A DNA stretch of 64,000 nt from positions 1,922,001-1,986,000 of the forward strand of contig LSRY02000007.1 in NCBI GenBank assembly GCA_001643675.2, read 5' to 3'. Positions 1-9,532 of the stretch are shown here, piece after piece. The number at the start of each line of letters is the position of its first letter. Positions within the stretch are counted from its first letter, which is position 1. Source of the stretch: Monocercomonoides exilis PA203. Lineage: Eukaryota > Protista > Preaxostyla. Below the pieces are notes generated by a model. The model searched no databases and had not been told where the DNA came from. It worked only from the letters and a program-made list of their open reading frames with translations. Made by a program: the position numbers and the translations under genes.

Positions 1-455
1 TGTAATAATTGTTTAAAATAAATATTAATTTTTTTGTGAATTTATATCTTTAAATAATATTATTGCGAATGAATTACAAAAGCTTGAAAAAAGATTGAAA
101 CAAGAAAAAGAAAAGAAAAGAAAAGGTTTTCAATCAAAAATATGACGTGAAAGCTATAATTATTTTTTGTATAATTATAAAGTGCTTTATTGTGTTGTAC
201 TGAGTTTTTTATCAATCATTATTATTGAATTTTGAATATTTTTTTCCACTTTTGTTAAATTCCTTTTTTGCACTGAGTCCAAATTATGAATTGAATATCT
301 CAAATAAAAATAAAAACCCTAAACAAAAAGTTGGAAATAACTTGTTTGATACATGAATTTTGTTCCACACAATTATTTCAAGTATTTTTCTAAATTTGTT
401 ATTATTTTTCTCAATAATTTCAAAACTTATAATTTCTCAAACAGTTTCCAATGAA

Positions 456-479
456 TTTTTTTTTTTTTTTTTTTTTTTT
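456..479. repeat. poly(T) homopolymer (~24 nt)
   Basis: Seen directly in the sequence. Confidence 0.9.
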
Positions 480-1008
480 GAGAGATAAAGATAGAGAGAG
501 ACAAATGAAAAACCTAAGATTCAAAACAAACTTTATTTTCTTTGCTTTTTCAAATAGAAATTCAATTGTGTCATAACAAATCTGTCTCTTCTTTCACTTA
601 TTGTGTTAGCATCCGTCTATCTGTCAATGATGTTGAAAATCAAAAAAATAAAAAAATAAAAAAAACATGACTAATTTCGAGAATAAATACTGACTTTCAA
701 GGTTCTTTTGTTAAATGTCATGAAAATTGTTTCACTCATAATATTATAAATTTTACTTGGATTTCAAAATGAATTTATTTTATTCATCAGTCAACAGGCA
801 TCATTGATATCACAACATATTGTTTTGTGATGTTATTTGAATTTGAAAAAATAATCACATTTATCTTATATTTTTTGATCACAAAAAGTTGATCTGATTT
901 GTATTTATTTTCAGAGAGAAAGTAAATATTGTCATTTTTTGTCTTATTTCCAAAAAAATTTACAGGTTTTTAGAAGAAAAATGAAAGTTGAAAAAAAGAA
1001 AATTCAAC

Positions 1009-1416
1009 ATAGTTTGTGTTAATAACTGTGGGCACTTTCTATAACTGTGGACAGTGGCATTATTTCAACAACCATTGATAGTTGCATTTCGACAATTAAC
1101 ACAATTATTCCTTCAAAGAATATGAACGAATGTGATTTATTTCAATCGCACATCCAATACAATGAAATCATATATAAATCATTTTTTCTTTTCGGAGAAA
1201 TCCGGAGTAATGAGATTCTCCAAGTTTATCCGAAAATAGAAAATGTTATTTTCAATATTACTGGAAGCTCGTTGATTCATTGACATACGTGTTATAAGTT
1301 TGTATTCAATGAGGGAATAATTGGGATTATAGTCAAAATGAAACTATCAACAGTTGTTGAGATAATGCCACTGTCCACAGTTATTGAAAGTGTCCACCAT
1401 TATAAACACTAACTAT
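1009..1416. mobile_element. MITE-like element with ~119-bp terminal inverted repeats
   Basis: 1009-1127 aligns without gaps to the reverse complement of 1298-1416 (about 99/119 identical by hand count, with a 23-bp perfect core ATAACTGTGGACAGTGGCATTAT). TA lies at both outer ends. No transposase inside. Confidence 0.8.
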
Positions 1417-1443
1417 TTTGGAGATGTTTGTTTTGAATTATCA

Positions 1444-1968
1444 AATGGGTGATTCTTTTTGATTTCATATTTCTTATATCAAAATTTCCGAATCAACAGT
1501 TTTTCGAAAATACTTGAAAAACAAGTTTTTGTTGTTGAAAAATCAGAAATGAACTTTTCTATTCTTCCACGACAACTTGCATCAGAAAGACAATAATTTG
1601 ATAGAATGTGAAGCTTTTTTGAAAATTCAATACAAATAAACAATGAATGAGAAAATTACGCACACTCCGAAAAAGAAATTTTTTTTTTATAATTGCAGTG
1701 GTTTTTTGATGTTTCATATAGATCATTTGCAACATTTGATAAAGATAAAGTTGACAACTTTGGTTTAAAATGAAAATTGATTCAAAATTTATTGCTGTTA
1801 TCTTGAGTATCAAAAATATTTTTTAATTCTCTAAAAATATGACAACTTCATTCAAACATTAATTTCCTCATCAGTTATTATTTTATTTAACTAATTTTTT
1901 TCGTTGCTTCCATATGCTTCATAAATCAATTTCATCGAAGTTTATGAAATTAAAAAGAATGTGTCATT
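1444..1968. mobile_element. possible degenerate MITE related to the 61.5-kb element
   Basis: 1444-1469 (AATGGGTGATTCTTTTTGATTTCATA) matches the reverse complement of 1943-1968 at 21/26. The left arm resembles the TIR at 61552-61578. Confidence 0.4.
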
Positions 1969-2110
1969 GGCAGAAATCATATTAATGCAAATATTAATTT
2001 TAAACATAATTCTCGTAAAAAACAAAATTGTTCTTAAAAATATTTTTAGTTATCTTTCTATTTGGGGTTGAGTAATAAATCTTTAATTTTCATTTCTTTT
2101 TCTCATCACT

Positions 2111-5100
2111 TTATTTTTCATTTAAATCTCTTTCACATAAAACAGAAAGCATAGCCTTTACAGCGTTTTCCACCCGATCTTTGTGAATGAATGCATTTTT
2201 CTCATTAGTTTTAGCGTTCTCCTCATTGTTTTCTTCCCTTTTTATTCGTTCTTCCCAACACATCCCCTTTACAATTGCAGATGAAAGAAGGGAAACAGGA
2301 TTAGTAGACAAAGAAAAGATAGATTCGCAAAGCTGCTGATGAAGATCATACAATGAATGCTGAGGTGTTGAAGAATGATGCTTCAATGTGGAAATTGATG
2401 CATCCACAATTAAAGACGGAGATTTCTCAGAGACACAAGTTATTGACGAATCACAAGCTGCAATGCTTGCACTTTCATGCTCCTCTGTTATTATTTGTTC
2501 TTCAGCAGATTTCGCTATATCTGAATCAGAAACTGAATCAAAATGTGATTGAGGTTGAGAAGAGGAAAGAGAAAAGGCTGATCCAGAACATTGATTTGTA
2601 GAAAGCATTTTTTGACAGTCTTGATTTTTGGAGTTTAATCCAACGCTTAAATTGGATGAAGGAATAATAGACGAAAAGCTAAGAGAACTAAAAGAGCTCA
2701 TCTTTCTTTTTGATGAATTAGCAATCGAAGGAAAAGAAGGAGGAGGTGGAGGAGGTGGCAAATGATAATTGAGATATTGGTTTTGACTTTCATTTTGCGT
2801 ATTTGAAGGCAAATTTGTTTTGTCGGATATTTTTGTATTGACTGGTGAAGAGTATGTTTCTTTTTTAAGATCAATTGTTTTTGGTAAGTGACGTTCTTCC
2901 TCGACTTGAGTAGTTTGTGTTTCAACTCTTAATTTTTCTAAATTGCCCTTTTCATGCAATTTCTTTTGCGAAATAGGAAGCTTCTTTCCTTTCATAACTT
3001 TCTTCAAACGACTTTCAACTCTCTTTTCGTTTTTCTGTATTCTTTTTTCAACTGCTTTCTGTTTTTTCGCTCTTTCAATCAGAAATCTTTTCTTTTCGCT
3101 CTTTTGATAATCTTCCAGTTCTTTTTGCTGTTGAGCTAATGCTGATTGTGCAGCCATTGCATTCAATTCCCTTTTAATTCGCTGATTTAACATCGGCTGT
3201 GAATAGAGGCTGCGACGATGCTGACATTCCAACACTTTTCCCAGTAGATCTATTAGCTTATCTTTCTTATTTTCTTTTTCTTCTTCCTCTTTCTTTTTTT
3301 GCTGTTTTCTGATAAACTGCCTCTGCTTTCTTTTTCTTATCACATCACCTTTCCAACTTTTCTTTTGCTGCTCCAAAGGATTTTGAAGTTGTGAACTTTT
3401 CTTTCTCTTTGAATGAGACCGAGCTTTACTCTTTAAATTGAATCTGCCTTTCTCCCTATCAATTTGTCTGCTTCTTGGCGCTTTCCTTCCGCTTCCATAA
3501 TCATCGTCAACAGAGTCATCATCATTGACTGGATATTCTATATCATCTGATTCTGCTGGAATTGCTTTTGATAAATGTGAATGTGGCCGGTGTTGCTTGC
3601 TATTTTCTCTGCTGAACTCCGGATCCGAATCCATTTCATTTCCACCTTCGGACAAATCTTCAGAAAATATCGTTGGATAGTCTGCTTTTTGCCTTTCCTG
3701 AAGCGAGGGATCCTTTTCATTGCGCTTTTTTCTGATGTTTTTGATTTTCTGTGCCAATTGCGTTGAAGATAATACATTTTGCGAAAAATCAGATGAAAAA
3801 GGAGAGGAGGAAGAAGAAGGGGACAAAGAAAAATCCAAAAATCCCTCGAGATTATCCAATAATTTTTCAGAATCACCAGAAGATTGACGATTTTTTCTCG
3901 ATTGAAGTGGCTGTGAATCACTTTTTGATGAAATACGAGAGAAAGTTGAATGTGGATTCTGAGACAAACGTGAGTCCTGTGTGATTCGAGAAGGAAACGA
4001 AGACGAAGTTGAAGGGCTGTTTGTCGGAGCAGATGAATGCGATGACAAAGACTGAGATGTTTGAGCTGTTTGTGTTGATAGATGAACATCTGATGTCGAA
4101 GAATCAGGCAATGAAGCTTTTTTAATCCCATCAACATCTGACTTATCTAAAGAAGATTTATTTAAACTGTCACCTCTTTTCTCAACAAAATGACGTTTAT
4201 GTCGATGATTTTGTTCACCTTGCTTTTTGCGATGTTCGCCTTTTTGAGTATTCTTATGATTTTCCAAAGATTCTCCGGGTGTATCCGAATTGCTTGAAGA
4301 ATGTGAATGAGGCTGATCAGAAAGTTTGCTAATCAAAGGAGCAAGAAAGGACATAACTGTGTCAATATCTTCATCAGTAAAGTTTGCTTGCTGAGAATTT
4401 TCTTTGACTGGAGAAGATGAACCAGAAAGTTCTTGTTTCTCATTTTTCCGCTTAACTGGACTGGAATTATTTTTTCTGGCTTTCTTTTTCTGTTGTTGAA
4501 TTTCATCAACAACATCATCTTCTTCTTTGTTTTCTTTTTCTTCACTCTGCTTCTTTTTTTTGCTTTTTGAGTTTTCTTTTTTCTGCTTTGGAACGATATC
4601 ATTTTGAAATGATTGTGAAGTGCCTTTGCTTCTATCTGTTTCAACAGAAGCAGAAGGTGAAAATGGAGTCTGTGAAATTGCAGAATGATGATGATGATGA
4701 GGTGGTGGTGGAGGTGGAGGCGGAGGCGGAGGGGGTAATACCAGTGTTGATGAAGATGGAATTTGATATGATTGAAAAGATGAAGTGAACGTGAATTCAT
4801 TTTCAGATGGATGTTCTTTTGAATCTTCAGTTGGTGGAGGAGTTGTTGGTGATGTGTGCTTTCTTCCTGAATTATAACTTTTTTTGCTTCCTGGAATTTG
4901 AGCTGAATAAAAATCATTTTGTTGGAATGTTTGAGAAGGACGTGTCTTTGGCATAGAATGAGTATAACCCATTGATGGCTGAGAAGAATTTTCACTGTTA
5001 CTCGATTTTGTCGAAGAAACTTTAGAAAATGGCGACGGCTTATAAACATTCAGTTGCGAATGGCAAGCTGCCGAAGGCGTTGATTTTTGCGGCAATAACG

Positions 5101-7093
5101 GAAAAGGAAGTGAAGTTCCAGTGGGTGCATTTGCTGCTTTTTGATGCTTTTTAAGATATTTGTTTGTTGGCGATGAAATAAGCGACTGTTCAGCTGGAAG
5201 AGAAGGAGTTGCTTGAGGCATCAGATAAACTTGAATGGATTGGGGATCAGAATACGAAGCAGAAGGAGGAAGAAGAGAAGAAGGATTATCCATCACAACA
5301 GTCGATGTGTAAGAAGAAGACGACGACGAAGATGAATTGGAAGAAGGCGTTTCAATCATCGATTCTGATGCAGAGTTCAACGTTGATTGAGACGATGACG
5401 TTTCCTCCTCTGCGATTGTGTCAAAAGGAACACGGGCATTTGAGATGGAACGCTTTTTAAAATCGCTTGTTGGCTCTCTTATTCCTTCAACAACAAAATG
5501 TGGTTGAACTGTTGATGCAAAGTCTTCTTGAGTACGACTCTGAACCTGAGGAAACGAATTTTGCTCGATCATGCTTGGAGGCTGAGAAATATTTAATGTA
5601 CCAGAAGAGAAAATTGGGCGCTGAGGAAAAGAAGAAGAAGGAAAAGGGCTTGACATGCGATGAAATGGGCTAGAATGTGGATTGGCTTGCACATTTGGTA
5701 ATTCATGAGGGGTTTTTGAATTTTGTGAAGTGTCAACAGGCGGATAGACAAAGATAGGTGTTGTTTGTTCACGCGAAGATGGAGCGAGTTTGATACTGTC
5801 TTTTGTTGATGAAATGAAAGGTGAAGCAGAAGAATGAGAATGAGAAGAAGTTAATGCTGCAGTTGTTGTTGGAGAATGATTTAGGTGAGAAGAAGTTGGC
5901 GAAGAAGAAGTTGTATGGTTTGCTGCTCCATCAAAATAAACATTGTCTTTTCGCATATGTCTGTTGTGCGTGCTTCCAGCAGTTGACAGCGAGCTTACAT
6001 TTGTAAGTTCACTCTGATCTTCAAATGAACTTGACAAAGAAGAAGATGCTGATGCGTCGAACGATGAGTATTCTGGAGAAGATGAAGAAACAATAGATGT
6101 CTCTGATCTCATCGATTCTCTGTAACTTGGTGTGAATCTTGCCGATTTTAGCTCTTGCTTTTGCTCATGCTGTAATTGCGCTTGCGGAGCATTAGAAAGA
6201 ACATTCATTGAATTTCCGCGAAAAGCAGGTGTCTGCGTCGCATCTGAAGGATGAGGCGTCATTGCAGAATGAGGAGGTGTAGGGAATGATCGAAACTTGG
6301 ATATAGCTGAAGATGTCAGAGGAATTGGCTTTCCAGCAGGTGTTGATTGATCTATAGACGAAAACGATGCTAAAGAAATTCGCTTCATAAATGAAGATGC
6401 CATATCAGTCATGTTAGAAGAATCTGTTGAGCTGTCTGTATAAGATGAAGTTGAAGAATAAGATGAAGGAGAAAACGTTGAAAAAAATGAATTTGTCATG
6501 TCCGCAGAACTGTCATTCGAATATGATAATGCTGGAGATGCAATGCTATGATTTCTTACAGCTTCCAATACGCTATCATCAATATATGACATACTCACAG
6601 TTGGATGTTCTGGAGTTTTAATTTCCAGTGTTGTTTGATTTTTTTTTTCAGATACAGGATTAAGTTGTATTCTAACTCGTTGCTGCTTTGGGGGAAAATT
6701 ATTCAAATGTTGAGCCTTGAGAATTGGCTGCGAAGGGTTTTGTATTTTTTGCTCACCTTCTTCCTGTGAATCAACAATTCCTTTCTTTAAAGGCAACGCA
6801 ACAAATGTTGAATTCCCTGATATATCAAGTTGATCCAACAACATAGAAGTCATTGAAACGTCATTCCCATGAGAGGTGCTTTTTTGAACTTGATCATGTT
6901 GGATTTTTGATGTCTCTATTTCACTATCAACCGTCATGTCTTTTGAATCAATATCAATATCATTTAATGTTATGTTTTCTGAAGAAAACGTTCTCATTAA
7001 ATCACTCAAGTTCATTGGCTTTGGAGTCGAATGCGTTAATGTTGTATCTTCAAAAAAACTGGGAAATTCTTGATCGCTAATTAATGAATCCAT
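2111..7093 (-). CDS. Ser/Pro-rich, largely disordered hypothetical protein (1660 aa) with a Lys/Glu-rich coiled-coil segment
   Basis: 4,983-bp ATG-initiated ORF with poly-S, poly-P/H tracts and basic NLS-like clusters. No recognised domain. Confidence 0.85.
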   Translation of the reverse strand: MDSLISDQEFPSFFEDTTLTHSTPKPMNLSDLMRTFSSENITLNDIDIDSKDMTVDSEIETSKIQHDQVQKSTSHGNDVSMTSMLLDQLDISGNSTFVALPLKKGIVDSQEEGEQKIQNPSQPILKAQHLNNFPPKQQRVRIQLNPVSEKKNQTTLEIKTPEHPTVSMSYIDDSVLEAVRNHSIASPALSYSNDSSADMTNSFFSTFSPSSYSSTSSYTDSSTDSSNMTDMASSFMKRISLASFSSIDQSTPAGKPIPLTSSAISKFRSFPTPPHSAMTPHPSDATQTPAFRGNSMNVLSNAPQAQLQHEQKQELKSARFTPSYRESMRSETSIVSSSSPEYSSFDASASSSLSSSFEDQSELTNVSSLSTAGSTHNRHMRKDNVYFDGAANHTTSSSPTSSHLNHSPTTTAALTSSHSHSSASPFISSTKDSIKLAPSSREQTTPIFVYPPVDTSQNSKTPHELPNVQANPHSSPFHRMSSPFPSSSFPQRPIFSSGTLNISQPPSMIEQNSFPQVQSRTQEDFASTVQPHFVVEGIREPTSDFKKRSISNARVPFDTIAEEETSSSQSTLNSASESMIETPSSNSSSSSSSSYTSTVVMDNPSSLLPPSASYSDPQSIQVYLMPQATPSLPAEQSLISSPTNKYLKKHQKAANAPTGTSLPFPLLPQKSTPSAACHSQLNVYKPSPFSKVSSTKSSNSENSSQPSMGYTHSMPKTRPSQTFQQNDFYSAQIPGSKKSYNSGRKHTSPTTPPPTEDSKEHPSENEFTFTSSFQSYQIPSSSTLVLPPPPPPPPPPPPHHHHHSAISQTPFSPSASVETDRSKGTSQSFQNDIVPKQKKENSKSKKKKQSEEKENKEEDDVVDEIQQQKKKARKNNSSPVKRKNEKQELSGSSSPVKENSQQANFTDEDIDTVMSFLAPLISKLSDQPHSHSSSNSDTPGESLENHKNTQKGEHRKKQGEQNHRHKRHFVEKRGDSLNKSSLDKSDVDGIKKASLPDSSTSDVHLSTQTAQTSQSLSSHSSAPTNSPSTSSSFPSRITQDSRLSQNPHSTFSRISSKSDSQPLQSRKNRQSSGDSEKLLDNLEGFLDFSLSPSSSSSPFSSDFSQNVLSSTQLAQKIKNIRKKRNEKDPSLQERQKADYPTIFSEDLSEGGNEMDSDPEFSRENSKQHRPHSHLSKAIPAESDDIEYPVNDDDSVDDDYGSGRKAPRSRQIDREKGRFNLKSKARSHSKRKKSSQLQNPLEQQKKSWKGDVIRKRKQRQFIRKQQKKKEEEEKENKKDKLIDLLGKVLECQHRRSLYSQPMLNQRIKRELNAMAAQSALAQQQKELEDYQKSEKKRFLIERAKKQKAVEKRIQKNEKRVESRLKKVMKGKKLPISQKKLHEKGNLEKLRVETQTTQVEEERHLPKTIDLKKETYSSPVNTKISDKTNLPSNTQNESQNQYLNYHLPPPPPPPSFPSIANSSKRKMSSFSSLSFSSIIPSSNLSVGLNSKNQDCQKMLSTNQCSGSAFSLSSSQPQSHFDSVSDSDIAKSAEEQIITEEHESASIAACDSSITCVSEKSPSLIVDASISTLKHHSSTPQHSLYDLHQQLCESIFSLSTNPVSLLSSAIVKGMCWEERIKREENNEENAKTNEKNAFIHKDRVENAVKAMLSVLCERDLNEK

Positions 7094-7220
7094 CTCATTT
7101 TAAAATATATAACAGAGTATAAGTTGTAACGTTACAGTATGTGATATTTATTTTGAAAAATATAAAAATTTCAAAAATAATTGAATTTATAAATATAAAA
7201 TGGCATGAACTGATCATTTA
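7094..7220. promoter_or_regulatory. putative bidirectional promoter (127 bp)
   Basis: Lies between head-to-head ATGs at 7093(-) and 7221(+). Contains the palindrome TGTAACGTTACA (7125-7136) and TATA-like runs. Confidence 0.45.
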
Positions 7221-8037
7221 ATGGTAGACGTTGTTCTCGATTCGGTGAACGAGCCTCCTACCGTCGATGATTGCATTAATCTCGAGGATCCAGAAAGAGA
7301 TTTATATCCGTTTTCAGTTGTTTGGACTGTTATACCTTTTCTAACGTGGCTATGCCCGATAGTTGGACATGTCGGTATATGTGACAGCCAAGGAAGAGTC
7401 TGGGACTTTCAAAAATCAAAAACAATTATAGTTTGCGAGATAGTTTTAAATGAATATGATTTTATTTTTCTTCTGAATGTCTTTGTAATATTATTTTTTC
7501 AAAGATTGATCGAATGAAATATCATCGTCCAATCAAGTACGCATTAATATTATATTAATTTCTAATTCAAAGCTTTTTTCGCTTTCATTTTATCTTATTT
7601 TTATTTAAAATTAGAGTATGGAGATTTTTTAGGGCCACTGGAACAGATGTTGCATCTCAACAAGGGAGAGCTCATCTCCTTCTTTCAAATAGAAGAATTC
7701 CAGAACAATGGGACAGAATAATTGTTGATGGTTCTAACTTATACACTCAATATACATACCATTGGAAAAATCGAAATTCATATCATCACGTTGCAGAATG
7801 CTTGAACAGAGTAGACCCGAATAGTTCTGTTCATTACAGAACTTCAACAATAATTTGGAGACTGCTCAAAGAAGGAAAATTTGTAAGGTATATTTTTTTT
7901 GATTCAAAATGAAAAATCTTATAAGGTTGACTTTTTATACAAGGAAAAGTTCCATTTTAGTTGTTTATCTTCCATTAATTATACTTCTGCTGCTTCTTAT
8001 CATCATAATTTTGCTTGTGGTCGTATGGCAAGTTTAA
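7221..8037 (+). CDS. TMEM222: TMEM222/RTE1 (DUF778) family protein, ~202 aa; exons 7221-7430, 7505-7536, 7615-7887, 7944-8037
   Basis: Motif YPFSVVWTVIPFLTWLCPIVGHVGICDSQGRVWDF. Three GT-AG introns give a 609-nt in-frame CDS containing WD..(x)n..NSYHHVAECLN, GKFV and a C-terminal hydrophobic helix. Confidence 0.85.
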
Positions 8038-8318
8038 TTTTTTGGATAAAATTTCCAAATTTATTTATTTATCATCTTTATTCTGATATTCTATTGCTTA
8101 TTTTTGAATCAAAAAAATCGAAAATTGCTAAAGACATTGGCTACAAGGAAGCATTAATATTCACATAAACATTAATGTTTTCATAACATTCTTATCTTTC
8201 GAGTGACACTGTTCAAGGCCTCAGTGCTCGATCATTTCACATTCAGCTGCTTTAAATCGGACAATAGAATCTCACCTTTTTTGTCCTTTTCTGCTAAATT
8301 GATTCTTCTTCTGCTTAA

Positions 8319-8395
8319 CACTCACCACACACATTCCAACACCTATAAGCATATTCACACTCACATTCACACTCACTCACACACACTCATACACT
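8319..8395. repeat. degenerate CA/CACT-rich simple repeat
   Basis: acactcaccacacacattcc...cacactcacattcacactcactcacacacactcatacact. Confidence 0.7.
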
Positions 8396-9532
8396 AAGAG
8401 AGTAATTACCCGAACTCTTTGAGAGTTTTTTTTGAAAATGTTTTGATTTTTGTTCAGCTGAGCTGCGATCGTCAAGCTGCTTTTCGAGGTTTGTATGCTT
8501 TTCTTTTTATTTCCATTTTTTGTAAAATTCTCAAACTCAAAAAATGTTAGTTTGAAATAGTGAATTTCTTTTCGTAACTTTTCTGGTTATTTCTGTTACA
8601 ATTATCTCGACATCCGACTTTTCAATCCGATTTTTTTAGAAAGTTCAGCTGCTTTTTGTTTCGACATATCGAAGTGAACTTTTGTTCAATGAAGGTTAAC
8701 ACTTTTTTTTGTTGTGTTTAGGCCGTCAGCCTGGACAGTTAGAAAGAGAATAGGAGTTTTGGATATATAGTTCGCATGCGAAAAGTCTTATTTATCATTA
8801 TCTGAAAAATATTAATTCTTTTTTATTTTTTATTATGATCAAATATTTTTTATGAAATATTCGATTAATATAACATTTGTTTTATAAGCGGAATTATATT
8901 TCATGTTATTTGCATTTGTTTGAAACATGCGAATTCTTTAAATAGAAAATTATGTTTTTTCTCCGATTATTTCAAAGATTTTTGTTTCACAGAGTATTTT
9001 TTGAATTGAAATGAAAAACATATTTTGGTATTTGAAATCCAACGCACATTTTTATATGCATGCATGTGCATGTGTCAACAAATGAATGTTTGTAGTGATG
9101 AAGACTTCATCCATCGATTTTTGTCCCACCATAAAATTAACAAATCCAAATTTGTAATAAAGTCGAAATCTTTGATTAATAACGTTTTACGTGTGTTTTA
9201 TAGCTAATTATTTAAATTACTAATCAAATTCGACTCTAATGAAGGTTATTGCAAGATTTTTAAGTCCATAAAAGGGTGTAACATTATTGAACTTTGTCAG
9301 GGCGCATAAATGTCATATCAACCAATATTTGATTCATTTTATTTACGTTTGCATACATTTATATTCTATGATGTTTATGTTTGTTCGTTTCAAAGTATAT
9401 CAAGAACAAGTGTTTGATTCTGCCATCATTACAAACACCATAAAATCTCTCTGCGCTCCAAGTACAAGTTTAAGAGGTTTTTTAATTCTGTAAATTAACG
9501 CTGCCAAGCTGTTTAAAAATAATGATTTTTAT

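Noticed and set aside
29-145. Short K/E-rich frame (ELQKLEKRLKQEKEKKRK) at the window start
   Set aside because: Too short, has no start codon, and is explained by purine-rich sequence.
8200-8780. Possible small spliced gene or ncRNA (GTTTGT donor at ~8489, repeated CAGCTG)
   Set aside because: I could not build an ATG-initiated, phase-consistent model or recognise any snRNA/snoRNA motif on either strand.
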